Notes: generated from the sequence alone by a model not told the origin. A stretch of 64,000 bases of DNA from Botryllus schlosseri (GCA_051294905.1 CM119383.1:21142001-21206000), one strand, 5' to 3'; shown: positions 11,623 to 24,699, counted from the first letter of the stretch. A program made the numbers and translations.

Positions 11623-13684
11623 GCTGTCGAGAATATGCGCGAGAATATGCGATCGTGAAATGATGTTTAAAGTTTAAAAATTCGGTTTTGTGATGCAGTA
11701 TATTTCATGCCATGAGTCTTCTACTGCGTTAAGACAAGGATGTCGAGACGGTTGTTGTCCAAGTAATTGGCACCGGTAATTCATGCTTAGATACTTGTGT
11801 CGTATGTGTAAGGGCAATTCGCCGCACGCTTCTTGAAATACGCAGATCATCACTGTGACGAGTAGGGAGGTGAAATAGTACTTCCCTGTGAAATACCATT
11901 CTCGATAACTTGCTTTTCAGATAGGCTATTTCAGTAGGGGTCTCAGCTCGTGGCCGGCTGTGAAAATGTGTTGTCTCGTGGCCGGCCACAGTGAATTTCA
12001 TGGCCGGCCATACGAATTCATCGTGGCCGGCCACGAGTTCATGCCCAGTTCGTGATTTTGGCACATCTAGTTGGATCAAAATCCGCCATTTGCATCCAAT
12101 GTGACTATACTCAAGTAGATCTTCTTTATTTGCAATACGAACTTGCTGACGGCGAGGTTTGTAGACGACTTCCACTAATATCGCGCGTACTTACATTACA
12201 TTACCACTTTATTGAGTAGTTCGTGGATTGGTTCAAAATTATCACGGCGTCACACATGTTTACCTTCTGTGTTCCCTGTAGAAATGAATTTAATTCCCAC
12301 TGACTATTGAAAAATTACTCTTGGGTGGTGCGTTGTAAAGGGGTGGTGCGTTGTAAAGTAACACCAAAACATATGTTCCTTGAACTTCCTAAATAGTAGA
12401 TAGAGTAATGTTAGAGCGTACATCTTATTGCTCGGTCAGACAAACGAATTTACATTACAACTGGTGTCCACAGCTTCCACGCCAGGCGCTCAACGCACTG
12501 GGATTGCGTGGAGAGATAAAACCGTGGTGCAAACTCGATAGCCTTGCAGTTTCTTCGCATCTCGATCGCCACAGCCCTATAGTGATGCAAACGTAGATAA
12601 TCTGACTCCCTGCCCCTCCTTCCTTTTCTACATAAAGAAACCGTCATATTTTGCTACAATTTGTTTGTTGATTCCGTTACCAATTTCACAAAATCTAATG
12701 AAATTGAAGATATGATTACAATCATTCACAATTCATATACAAGTAGTTAAATGCAGTGTGTCCGATACATGCTTTTCACAGAAGACACCAAGGGGCACGA
12801 GAGATCTGATGCACTTTTACACGGCGATAAGTATTTGCACTGCATTCAGATGTCGAACTATAATGAACGATTGGAGCTTGTCTGTGTCATCAAGATTGCT
12901 CCCTGGACATTGATCGGGGACACATTCCATTGTTACCTGCATCAACCACAAAAATATCATGCCTATTGGTCAATACGCAGGCTTGGCATGGGTATTATTT
13001 CATCGATCTATGTCGCTACATTTGAAGACGCATCGATCGATGGTGCTGCATTAGATGACACAAAGTGGAGTTATCTATTATTATAACTGTAATATAACTA
13101 TGTAACATTCACTTCGTATATCCACCACATCGGTTAGCAGCTTGATCTAATAACGACATGCGATACAAAATGATCCTTGCACCCAAGTGATCAAGTATAT
13201 CCTCTGGCATACATGGCATCGATAGTGACTGCGACAATCCGACATGCATCTCATTTGTACATTATTTGCTTCAACCTGGAAGAACGACACGTATGTGGAT
13301 ATATATATATAAATTATATGGGATCGGAAACGTGACCAAAATCAAATTTCTGGGAACAGAGCTCCACATATTACCAAGAGTACCGGTAGGTTATTAGGCT
13401 ACATCGTTGCCTTTATTCACACCTGCAGCACAACTGCAGTGTGTCAAGTTCAAGTGCTGCTACAGCATAGAAATATTCATAGATTAATCGACACAATTCT
13501 CATCGTACAACAATATGAGTGCAAGTTCCATTGATGTTGAGGATCTTGAACGTCGTATGTATAGCATTACGATAATCAAATATGTATATATTAACCGTAT
13601 ATCGCGGACTCATCATAGACCTGATACAGAAAGGAAGGATTCTATCAGCCCGGCATTATCCAATTCACAGCTATTCAGCTATAC

Positions 13685-14702
13685 CAGGGGCGGGCAACAT
13701 ACGGCCCGCGAAGGGATTTTGTCCGGCCCGCGGACAGTTTTCGTCTTACATGATAATGTGGCCCGCGTCCCCAGTCTGCCGAGATTCCCCACTACTTGCT
13801 TATTATGTTATTATATACGTGTATGCGCAGCGTGAGAGAGTGGAACTTATGTGTAACTTCGTCGAAGCAAGAAGACTTCGCTTTATCGGCATTTACGATG
13901 TACTCAACCCTAATATCGTTTGTCGTAATCATGGTGTTTGTCGACCAGAATGGTCATTTACACCATGCTGATATTTCCTATTTTTGATTCCGTAACCGCC
14001 TACTTGTAGGGCGGCACACTTCTAGGCTTTTGCAAGGCACCGCTCATGCCAGGGGTTGCGGGCCACTTTTCAAATTTCGGTAGACGACGCGGGGCGCATG
14101 AATTCAATATTGAGATTATAATTAGTCCACACAGTTGAGCAACGACGCTAATCTCGTCACCAACTTAACCCTAGCCATACTGTTCAGAGTCAAGTGTACC
14201 TGTTTGATGCTGGTGTGATCAGACTAGATGACCTTCACGGTTTTATCGATCATTCCTATCTAATACCGAATACTGTGCATGCATATTTTCTGTACCGCCA
14301 TCACTGCCGTATTGTTATGTATTTTGGTTTGATGAAAATAAAGACTCTCTCTTTCTCTCACTCTCTAATGAATTGATATCTTGGTAAATTTGGGGTACCG
14401 GGCTTATCGAACGCCTTGAAATCTTAATTAAGGATTGCACCGCGTGTTGATTGATCAGAGAGAAGCAGACATGGCGGTGCATGTATGGCAATGCTATTCT
14501 CAAATCCACAGTGTCTTCCTCATTATCGGCGAGAAATGGCTTTGAACCGACATTGCTGTCTTTAAAATACCTTCATAAGTACGATTTATTCCTTGTATAT
14601 GTGGACAAATGGTCGAATAATGTATCGATTCAGGAATCCGGCCCGCCAAGAACTTAGCTTTCCTATATCCGGCCCGCCGACTGGAGAAGTTGCCCGCCCC
14701 TG
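13685..14702. mobile_element. Non-autonomous hAT-type element
   Basis: TIR caggggcgggcaac / gttgcccgcccctg. Perfect 8-bp TSD agctatac at 13677-13684 and 14703-14710. Confidence 0.9.
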
Positions 14703-14910
14703 AGCTATACGAAGGATAACAAACTATGTAATTGTTTGCAAGATTTATCGTTCACCCGACCCCACCCCGAGTGGAGGGATATCTGTTTGTTCTAGCCTAT
14801 CGTTCGCTTACGTTTATTTTTGCAGTACTTGCACGGTGACGATACATCATCGATACTTGCGCGAGACGCACGAAGTCACGGCTGGTCTAGACTTATTTTT
14901 CAAGTTTTTC

Positions 14911-15094
14911 GTCACGCAGGGTGTGACACTTCGACGAGAAGGTCACAATCTCGTCACTGATTCAGTCACGCGGGGTGTCATACTTGCACGAGAAGGTCAC
15001 AATCTCGTCACTGCTTCAGTCACGCGGGGTGTCATACTTGCACGAGAAGGTCACAATCTCGTCACTGCTTCAGTCACGCGGGGCGTCATACTTG
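14911..15094. repeat. 54-bp tandem repeat, ~3.4 copies
   Basis: gtcacgc recurs at 14911, 14965, 15019 and 15073. Confidence 0.9.
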
Positions 15095-15099
15095 AGTGA

Positions 15100-17352
15100 G
15101 AGTGAGATAAAGGGGGTAGTCGAGAACTTCTTCGGAGAGCTGTACGCGAGGAGGGGCAGAGACGGAAAAGCCTCCGAGATATTTCTCGTGACTCTGCACC
15201 GAACATTGACGATAGCCCAGAGAGAGCAGCTCGATAGGAAAATAGATGCAGAAGAACTGAGAATAGCAATTCTACAGCCAAAAAAGGACAAAACACCCGG
15301 GGAAGACGGTCTGAGCTCCGAACTTTACAGCATAAATATAGACACGGGAGGTGTACAACGAGATCTACGTAGACCAAAACGTGAACACGAATTTGGCAAG
15401 GGGAATCTTGAAAATCATTTTCAAAAAGGGAGACAAAGAAGACATTAGGAACTACAGACCGGTCAGTCTATTAAACACAGACTACAAGATCTTGACGAAA
15501 ATCCTAACGAACCGGTTAAAAAAATGCTCCCAGATGTCACACACGAACACCAACACGTGAACCCCACAAAGACCATACGGCAGCTAAACCTAATCTTGAG
15601 AGAAATAACATCAGAGATGAGAGAAAATGGAAAGGGTGCGGTCATCTCGATAGATTTCCGAAAGGCTTATGATTCGATTGATCACGAGTTCTTGCAACAA
15701 ACCTTAAAGAGAATAGGAATGGGAGGAAAATTCCGAGGCTTCTTTCAAAAGATCTACGAGCAAGGAGAGGCCAAAATCTCCCTAGGGGGAAACATTGGAA
15801 ACTCCATAAAACTAAGAAGGGGGATAAAGCAAGGGGACCCCATCTCCATGCTCCTCTTTACTCTGGCGACGGAGCCTCTACTTCAGAAGCTAAATCAAGA
15901 CCTAGAAGGATACAAGATACCGGGAATGAATACGAGATACACGACCCCAGCGTACGCTGATGACATAACCCTAGCGTTAGAGTCAAAAGCCGAAACAGAA
16001 GAGGCCCTAGAAATATTCAAAAGTTTCGGATACGCGAGTGGGCTCGAAATAAACAAAGCCAAAAGCAAAGGGATAGATTACCAGAGCAAGGACATAGATC
16101 TGAACCAAGGAGAAATGAAATGGGTAAAAGAAATGACAGTCCTTGGACACGATATCTCCCAAGAGAAGCCAGACCCTTACAAAATCTGGGCACCTGCTAT
16201 AGTGAAGGTGAAGAAGGTGATGAGGGAAGTAAAGGACATGAGATTGAGAAGGCACGAAAGGATACAGATAATGAGATCAAACATCCTGCCTATCTTCACA
16301 TACCTTGCCCCGATCTCCAGAATATCAAAACCTTGCCCCGATCTCCAGAATACCAAAAGGTATGAGAGGTGTCTTGGGACGAGAAATTGTTGAGTTATTC
16401 TTCGGGAGCGGTGTAAAACCAGAATATAGGAAAATAATACAACAAGAAAGCATCACAGACCTCATATTCATGAAACCCGCTATAAATTCATCAGGATAAA
16501 ACCGAACGAAATCACAGGAGATTGGGAGGCGAGATTGGATCACCAATTCGCCCTGACGCTCAAAAGGCTCAGAGAATACCCAATTATCAAAAGGCTCAGA
16601 GAATACCCAATCAACAACAGAAGGCCACACACATGGCAACCGAGACAACACTGGAGGTAAATCAATGAGACAATGAAAGAAATAGCTTACAAAAAGGAAC
16701 ACATACAACTAAAAGGGAACACCAAGATATACGATGATGGGCCATAGAACTGAAAGGATCGAGAGAAATTAGAGAGATGCAAGGCCCCAACTGGGGGAAC
16801 ATACCACACCGGAACATACCACACCGTTTCTTGACCCCAGACCAGAGAGACATGAATTGGTCGGTTGCATTCGAACTGCTAAACACGAATGAGAGCCTGC
16901 ATGCGAGAGCTATTACTGACACCAGGGAATGTGAGCTTTGTAGAAAATACAGAGAAACAACGGTACACCTTCTCACGAAATTCGAAGAAGCGATAGCCCC
17001 CCTGGAGCGGGTCACAAGAGCATGGGAGAAGGCAACAGGGAAAGACAACGACACAAGAAACCTGCAAACCATCATCCAAATGAACCCAAGAGGTGCACTC
17101 GACGAAGATCAAAAGGCAGCCATAGTGATTGTGATCACTACATATAAGCAGGCCGTATGGATGGCAAGTAACAAAACGAAATTCGAAGGTCGAAAAACGG
17201 GACAAAATTGGATAAATAATTCGATAAAGCAGAGGACTGAGGAGAATACCTCAGGGAGAGGGAAAACTCGAGAATATAAATTATTCGAAAGGAGATTTCC
17301 TAAAAAAAAAACGGGTGGCAATGATGAAAAGAGAAACACAGAAAACAGATGA
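15100..17352 (+). mobile_element. 5'-truncated, frameshifted L1/Tx1-type LINE ORF2 (reverse transcriptase and C-terminal zinc finger)
   Basis: KTPGEDGL, NYRPVSLLNTDYKIL, DFRKAYD, GIKQGDPISMLLF, YADD and CELC...ETTVHLL. Confidence 0.9.
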
Positions 17353-17450
17353 AAAGAAACCCCAACTAACGCTATACGGCTCCTGAGGGAGCAGGTCAAC
17401 CGCGATGAGGGACCCAAACACCAATGTTAGAAGAGTTTTACGATTTCAAG

Positions 17451-18607
17451 ATGGCATCTAACAGCTGGAACCCTTTCTTGCCGACGAAGAAAACCACTCC
17501 GAGTAATGGCGAGGCAAAATCGTTCGTGAACTACAACTATCAGTTTCCTAAGGACTTCTTGCGTCCGTATGGAGCACCGTCAGACGTGTTCGATTTTTCC
17601 GATCAAACGATTTAAAAACGCCTGAAACCGTTTTCATGCGGGTGGCTCAACCGACCGGGTTATGCATTATCGGAATTCGCGGCAACACTTATAAAGTGTC
17701 GAAACGTGACAATGGAATCGGAGATGCTGAACGAAAGTTTGTCAAGATATCTGGAAGTCCAAAATAGACGAACTGTGCAAACAGTTGGATGTATTTTGGA
17801 ACGAAGACGAGAACCCGAATCGTCGTCGGGACATGAAGGAAAACGAATGCATCGCAAGAATAAAAACAATAACATCGAATTCTGAATCAAAGCGATGCCG
17901 ACGGACTGTTCAAAGACATCGTGCATTCGCGTGCAAGGACGGCCAACGCAATGTACTCAACGGCCATCCACACGAGGATGGCAATGTGGGCACTGAGCTA
18001 TTCGGGCGTCGTAGCGCAAATGTCCACTCCAACGATGAATAACGTCGAATTACGATCGAATCCGACCTTGGACGCGCTCTCTAAGTCACCTTATGCTGAT
18101 TACTTGGTGAAAAGTACTTATTCTAAAAGCGGCGTATCCATCGCGAAGAAAAATCTATTGGAAAAACTTAACCCGCGTTCTGCGGAAGGGGAAGGTACTT
18201 CTGCGGAACTATCTGCTATACCAACGCAAGCCGGCACTTCGTCGATTGGTGAAGAAACGGGCAGTTCAAGTGTTCCAGTCCAAGCACCAAGTACGTCAAC
18301 GCTTCCCGAATTTGACGACGACGATCTGGACCAGTACTTGCTAGCTATCGATCCAAGAGTTGTAACCGGAGAAAACATCGTGACTTCGCCGCCGAAACCT
18401 GCAAAGAAGATCAGCAAGAGTGGCAAGCTGCGACCGTCGGCGTATGACGATGAGGTCCGTGAGATAAATGAAGCAGCAGCCGGCATGGCATGTCCTATCA
18501 GATCGGGGAAAGCACCGGCCACAGCGAGCTGCTCTGTGACCGGCCACAGAATGTTATTTGGATTTCACAGCTTTTCTGAACCTAAAAGAGTATTTTCCAC
18601 ATATTAA
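17451..18607 (+). pseudogene. Family A pseudogene (copy A2)
   Basis: YNYQFPKDFLRPYG, then an in-frame TAA, then GWLNRPGYALSEFAATL; frameshifted; low-complexity tail. Confidence 0.75.
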
Positions 18608-18708
18608 TGATTCTTTGATACCCTGATTGTTTCGATCGGATACTGTGATTACGGTATTTAGTAATGGAAACCAGAAAACAGGCTAAATGACCGCAGGCTG
18701 AGGCCAAC

Positions 18709-19125
18709 ATGGATGATGGAAGTGTTCAAGAGGAGCCAGCTGAAGTGAAGGAGGAACCTATGTTACCGCTGGCCACACCTGTCGTTGCACCGCCCGTTGC
18801 GGCAGTTATACGCACTGAGTCACATATTTGTCGTCAGAACGCCATGAAGTTCGACGGAGAAGCGATTAACTTCCGTCGTCTCCAAATCAGGTTTGTAGTT
18901 GAGAATGTTACCGACGCAGACAGTATCGTCAGTATGTGAAAAGTTCAGTGAAGCATAGCTCCAAATTATACCCATGCGACAGTGAATTTTTCCATATTGA
19001 GTCACGTATTTCTCATGGGAAGATCGTCGAGTTCGGCGCAATAAATAACGATAGCGTAGAAGCATATCGTGTTGGATCGCGTAAAGTACACGATGCGAGC
19101 AACCAGTAAGCCTGCAATAGCATAT
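18709..19125 (+). pseudogene. Degraded orphan family D segment
   Basis: KFDGEAINFRRLQIR and KLYPCDSEFFHIESRISHGKIVEFGAIN align with translations at ~25770-25920, ~47450-47640 and ~58045-58150, with apparent synonymous changes. Confidence 0.4.
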
Positions 19126-19129
19126 AGAT

Positions 19130-19260
19130 CGATGACGATATAGATGTGGACGTAAGAATTGGAAACCGCAAAATGAAGACAACACTAATTTTACGAAATG
19201 GATTCTATGGGCGTGGCGTCGTAAGGTGTGACTACGAAACGGTTTACGGGCCTGGGCTGT
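19130..19260 (+). pseudogene. Family B N-terminal fragment
   Basis: DIDVDVRIGNRKMKTTLILRNGFYGRGVVRCDYE matches KVDVDLTIGRRKVEATLILRSGLYGRGVIRCDYE at 35080. Confidence 0.75.
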
Positions 19261-19819
19261 CAAAGAAGGGTGGATCGTTGGTCTGGGCCCACAGACGGCG
19301 GAGGAAATCACAAAAAAACCTTTTATTTTCCTCATTAGGCTTCCTAGAGCTAAGTGTGTTTGGGGGGGGGGGTGATCCATCGTCGATAACTCTGGTTTTA
19401 CGTGTTCGACAAGCCCCATCTCTACGTGTTGTAGACATGTAAAACTTCGTTTAATTCTCGCTTCAGTTCAGTCAGTTTGTAGAAGTCAGGGTGGAGTTTG
19501 TAGAAGTCAGGGTGGAGGAGTTTACGGTATTACAGTTGAAGGCCAGACTATATCTGTGTCTGTCGTTTTTTACGTCGCGTAAGAGCGACTCGGGCTTAGT
19601 TTTGTCGGGTACCTGGTTCGAATCCGGGTGTCCCCTGTTTCAAGTCATTGGTTTCTCGCTCTGTCCGGCCAGAAGTCAGATATTAGACCAGGGTTAGCTT
19701 TGTAGAGTCGCACGAGTCAAAATGAGTCCGCTCGCTCGTTTACCTATTAGCATAGCTTATTGGTATGAAGTTTCTAGTACCATACTTCATTTTCATTTTC
19801 GTTTTTTTCAGAAATCATA

Positions 19820-20425
19820 ATGGAGATCATAGCTACTTCGTAAGACTGTAAAATTGACTTAACCATATACATTCGGAACCAAATGATCTCAGCGAAATTG
19901 CTAATGCAGCAAGGATTCTTCGCCCGTGGGGTAGTAGATTCTGATTGTAAAGCGAGAACGATACCACCGGACAGGCTTAATTTCAAAGTGATGGCAAAAT
20001 CCAACGTGCACTTGCCGCTGTCGTTGGCTGCAATGCCCAACGACTTCCATTCTGCACGCACCCACACGTTGATACAGGAGTATGGAAATGTCTTCATTAC
20101 GACCCATTTCATTGGACGTTCAACGGTTGCGGGGCTCATTATCAGTGACGATTTTAAAGCTGAACTACTCGTTTTTTATGACGTAATGTTTGCCATCACA
20201 TCATCTGGACTGCTGCGGTCCGTGCGTTTGGCGGTCGAAAGCCCGCCGTACGACGACGCCGTGAGACCGACGGACCGCAGCGGTCGGCGACCGTTGCTGT
20301 TCGTTCCTAACCACGTGTCGCAGCCGCAACCGCCCCAGCCTTCCTGAGCGGTGGTCCGCGAGCTGGTCGGTATGGCGGCAAGGCCGAAACGTACAATTCG
20401 GGCTCCGGTCCGAATGGACCTTTAG
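19820..20425 (+). pseudogene. Family B pseudogene
   Basis: ATG at 19820, TAA at codon 8 and TGA at 20345. Read-through ends AARPKRTIRAPVRMDL*, like the intact paralogs. Confidence 0.85.
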
Positions 20426-20519
20426 TTTCACTAACTCTGTCTTAGGGGTAGGAGCTAGATAGGAGTCGGATAGGTCGCTGGGTATGGCGAAAGATAGGTG
20501 CTGCGGACTGGCCGGCAGA

Positions 20520-21035
20520 TTTTCGCGCATCGCGCGGACGGTTTTTTCGCTTGTGCGCGGATTTCATTGAAAACGCGCCAGGGGGGTGGGGGGTGGTAGC
20601 GCGGTGCGTTTTTGCGCATCGCGCGGACGGTTTTTTCGCTTGTGCGCGGATTTCATTGAAAACGCGCCAGGGGGTGGGGGTGGTAGCGCGGTGCGTTTTT
20701 GCGCATCGCGCGGACGGTTTTTTCGCTTGTGCGCATATTTCATTGAAAACGCGCCAGGGGTGGGGGGTGGTAGCGCGGTGCGTTTTTGCGCATCGCGCGG
20801 ACGGTTTTTTCGCTTGTGCGCGGATTTCATTGAAAACGCGCCAGGGGGTGGGGGTGGTAGCGCGGTGCGTTTTCTCGCATCGCGCGGACGGTTTTTTCGG
20901 TTTTGCGCGGCTTTCATTGAAAACGCGCCAGCGGGGTGGGGGGTGGCAGCGCGGTGCGTTTTCGCGCATCGCGTGGACGGTGTTTTCGATTGTGCGTTGT
21001 GCGCGGGTTTCACTGAAAACGCGCCAGGGGGTGGC
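20520..21035. repeat. 87-89 bp GC/G-rich tandem repeat, ~6 copies
   Basis: gcatcgc recurs at 20527, 20616, 20703, 20790, 20877 and 20966. The unit contains the tttcattgaaa palindrome and G-runs. Confidence 0.9.
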
Positions 21036-21100
21036 CAGTCGTAACGCAATTCGTTTCTAGTACCGTACTTCATTTTCCTCATCGTATTTATCAGAAAAAA

Positions 21101-21664
21101 ATGGAAGTAATCACTAGTGTTTACGACGATTGCGTTGACTTCACAATCTATATCGGGTCACGACTTGTCTCTGCTAAATTGATAATGAAGGAGGGCTTCT
21201 TCGCCCGTGGCGTCGTCGAAAGCGATGTAGAAGCTAAATCGATCCCGACCGGCCGTCTCATTTTTTCAATCAAGAATGAAGATCCGTTTCACAGAAACGT
21301 AAGAGCGCCGCCTGCCTTGGCACCAATGGCCAATGATTTTCACTCGGAACGGGGGACAGATGTTCTAATGGAACAAGGCCAGGTCTTCGTTTCTACGCAT
21401 TTGAACGGGCGATCCAAAATTGCCGGAATAATGATTAGTCGTGACTACAAGGCAAAAATGCTTATTTTCATGGACGAAATGATGGCCATTTCGCGATCGG
21501 GGCTGGTCCATCCGGTAACTCTGGTCGTCGATCGCTCGGCGGATGCTGATATCATCCGACCGACGGATCGCAGCGGTCGTCGACCTGTCTTTTTTCAACC
21601 AAATCATGGACCGCAGGCGTTACCGGCACCGCCCGCTGGACCGGTGGTCCGGACCCCTTGCTGA
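21101..21664 (+). CDS. Family B protein, C-terminus truncated by a junction to a family A fragment
   Basis: Colinear with 33194, 61226 and 62756 (FTIY...L.MKEGFFARGVV...DFHS...GRS.IAG...DRSGRRPV). Confidence 0.75.
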   Translation: MEVITSVYDDCVDFTIYIGSRLVSAKLIMKEGFFARGVVESDVEAKSIPTGRLIFSIKNEDPFHRNVRAPPALAPMANDFHSERGTDVLMEQGQVFVSTHLNGRSKIAGIMISRDYKAKMLIFMDEMMAISRSGLVHPVTLVVDRSADADIIRPTDRSGRRPVFFQPNHGPQALPAPPAGPVVRTPC

Positions 21665-21972
21665 TGTTCACGAACGGATGAACAACCTGGATCAAGTACT
21701 TGACTACGAGAATTCACCGTTTTTTCAACGGTACATCGAAGTTATGATCGAAGCCGGGAATGCATTATATCTGAACGGCATTCACCTTTTGGCACTGAGT
21801 TTCCTACTGCGAAACAAAAACAAGTGGACAGGTAAGCTTAGGGCCCATATCGACAACGAAGAGTTTAAAGCAAATGCAACCACTGAAAACCTTGCAAAAA
21901 ACTAGTATCGTGGATATGTCATTCGTAAAGGCATGAATGACACAACGCATGTGTCTCCTGAACACTCCGCAC

Positions 21973-24327
21973 CAGACATGGGGTAATCGCGATTAGTAAT
22001 CGTAATCGATTACGACGATTACAGCATTTTGAAGTAATCGTAATCGCAATCGATTACATTCGAAAAAAATCCGAAGTAATCGTAATCGTAATCGACTACT
22101 TCCCATATCTAATCGATTTTTTTATGAAAGAACGATTACTTTTTGTTTGTACAAGGACTATGACATAAACTGAATATTCGTGAACAAGAATGAGAGAATA
22201 TACCACGTTAGCGATAGCACAAACATCTGTTTTCAAACGCCACTGACTCATTATTACGTCATAAGTATGAGCTCCGCTCATCATTGCGTAAGAAGTATCC
22301 ACACATAGTAAACAGACATGCGATGGACTTTGTAGTGTGATTGTAAGAACACCTCCGGTGGTGTATATCAGGTTATCAATACACTACAGAAGCCCCTACC
22401 TCGCAGCAGGATATTGATCACCACTCTGCCTATATAGTTTCAAATAGTAACTTATGTATTGATGTTTGGTTTTGCTTGGTTAAACGCAGTTTACCGTTGC
22501 TGCTTGGCGAGCAGGAGGCCTGCGTACGCACGTGCACCTGACGATGATTCGGAATTTTGTGCTCGTCGAATAAAACATTGCAGTTTCCACAACGAAGCAT
22601 TACAAATAAACAGCTGCTGATATTTATCATAACCGAGCCGTGATTAGCGGTTTCTCGTAACAGCAGCTCGCAGTATATGTATTAAGTTGAAGGCAGAATT
22701 TTTATGTTCACTATATCTTATTCTCATATAACTACTTGAAACGGGCGTCAATCGTTATTTCACAGTTCGTTACTTAGCATTTGGACCTGCCGCCATAACC
22801 ATCCGCTTATATAGCCTGGCATGTAAGCGTGGGTTGTAGCTAGAATCAGCAATTCAACCAAAACAGCAATTCGTCCCCCTTCCTTTGTGGATGCGTCGGG
22901 TGACATTTGCATTGTGGGCCCAGATTGGAAGGACAGGAGTTATTAGTCACGCCCACCGAGCGCGGCTATTGACAATGGACTATAGCCTAAGTTTTTTTGG
23001 TATCTCATCCCATGGAGTTGCGTGTTGGCCGAAACTGCATATGTCTTTTGGTGTGTTGTGGGATCGTGGCGCGGTAATGACCGGCTCCGAAATGCCTGTT
23101 CCCATAAAATAGCGTATGAATGTTTTTTCTTGAGGGGAAGATGTATGCATTTCAAACCCAGCTATCTACTGGAGCAGGGGTCACCAACCGTTTTGAAACA
23201 AGAAGCTACTTCTTGTGTAGTGTGTACTGATTATTGTGACGACCGACGGGTTACCACTTACTACTGCCGTTTATCCGTGTTCAGTTGGATTTCTTCACTT
23301 AGAGTAAGACAATCATAGCACTGGGCCGGGTTTCCGCCCCTTACAAATAACAAAAAACGCTCACTCGCCGGGAGGGGGGCGGGCGGGCGAGACTTACCGA
23401 GGGCCACGCATAAGTATCTATCCGTAACTTATGGGGGGCTTCGCCCCCCAGACACCCCTTTCGCAACTTTCTATCTTTCACCACGGCAAGGTTTGGCCAG
23501 GTGTTGGATTCGCCAATGTCTATTTTTTCATGTGTGCAATGATATACTACATCAAAACTAAGTCATTCTACCACACGCAGAGACGTGATGATTATCGGGA
23601 AATGGAAATTTTCTAACAAATGCAGAGATTTGATGATGATTGACACATCTGTACGGAATCCTTTTCTTGCTTTACACGGATATCCATGTTTATTCGTTAT
23701 TATCCTTGAAAAAAGCACATAATCCAAATAAGGGGGCCCTTCGACCGGGGGGCGGGCGACTGCCCACTTCGCCCAACCCAAAAGCCGCCACCGCTACAGC
23801 GACCGCGGGCAACTAATTTGGTCCGCGTTGGTGACCCCTGTACTAGTGACATTTGAATCGCAAAGCTCGAAGAACATTTTCAAGAATTAATTAAACTCTC
23901 GAAAATACTTTTGAGTACCCTTCGAGCACGCTCCCCATCCTATTAAGGAACTTGGGGTGCGGCAGGTAAAGACCTGGCAATATTGCAAATTGTTTGATGC
24001 GATAAATCATCCACTACAAAGTTGGGCAATTGGTATATTATGACGTAATAAACAAATGGTGCATGATGTATGAAGAGAGTTGATATCTCATTAAGCCTTT
24101 TCATTGCAATCCTTGTATTGTCTTCCATTATATCATTTAGGATTACAGCCCTAAGAAGCAAAACAAATGTAATCGTGAGTAATCGTGATTACTTTTCCAG
24201 TGTAATCGTAATCGTAATCGACTACTTCCTGATTTTGCTGTAATCGTAATCGTAATCGTAATCGCGTGATTCCGAAGTAATCGTAATCGCAATCGATTAC
24301 ATTCATAAAGTAATCACCCCATGTCTG
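21973..24327. mobile_element. Non-autonomous hAT-type element with (gtaatc)n subterminal repeats
   Basis: TIR cagacatggggt / accccatgtctg. Perfect 8-bp TSD ctccgcac at 21965-21972 and 24328-24335. Confidence 0.9.
23175..23840. mobile_element. Nested hAT-type MITE
   Basis: TIR caggggtcaccaac / gttggtgacccctg; TSD tactggag vs tactagtg (6/8). Confidence 0.75.
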
Positions 24328-24699
24328 CTCCGCACCGGCTACGGTTACTTCTCCCGTCCGGAATGCGGCTGAAATCTTTCCGGTTCCGATACTGGTTCGT
24401 TCTGATACAGAGCCGATCGAAGATGCTATTCAAACTGCTTCATGCGACCAAACCAATGCGCAGCATGATCCGGCTCCTCAAAATGCCGTCCAGACACCGA
24501 GTCAGTTGCTGGACCTTCTCTTACAAAGACAAGAAAAATAGGCTCACGGAGTGATAGCATACAATGTCTAGCTTGTCTTGCTTGTTTTGCTTACTATTGT
24601 TCGTCTTTTTGTCGTATGTTGTGGCTTTGTGGTAATAGCGTTTGCTTCTTCCTTGTTCTTTCGTTGCATGTTCTGGCTTTGCTGTAATCTCGTATACGA

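Larger units (their letters stand above)
21665..24554 (+). pseudogene. Family A fragment (copy A3) split by a hAT insertion
   Basis: FFQRYIEVMIEAGNALYLNGIHLLALSFLLRNK matches FLNRYIDVMADCGHAMYVTALHLKMMSFLMRNK (38723). The tail resumes after 24327 (ILVRSDTE vs TLDRSDTE at ~42220). Confidence 0.7.

Noticed and set aside
11729-13086. ORFs 11729-12175 and 12751-13086 as genes
   Set aside because: No recognisable motifs. The first overlaps gtggccggccac palindromic repeats, probably from a small non-autonomous element.
21040-21065. Helitron 3' end at CTAG|T (also ~19794 and ~33148)
   Set aside because: Only a 4-bp hairpin precedes it, and the motif is embedded in the conserved acceptor region of B genes. 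No empty site is available for comparison.
20442-21082. Several 150-175 aa ORFs on both strands
   Set aside because: They are translations of the 87-bp minisatellite. The same applies to ORFs over 35411-36154 (minus), 50161-50567 and 57270-57654.
21101-21664. dUTPase-like assignment for family B (RSGL, IAG-hydrophobic, TDRSG)
   Set aside because: Motif order does not match dUTPase motifs 1-5 and the catalytic motif 3 is not recognisable. Left to structure prediction.
21980-22100. Telomere-like (gtaatc)n repeats
   Set aside because: They are subterminal repeats inside a TIR/TSD-bounded hAT element.
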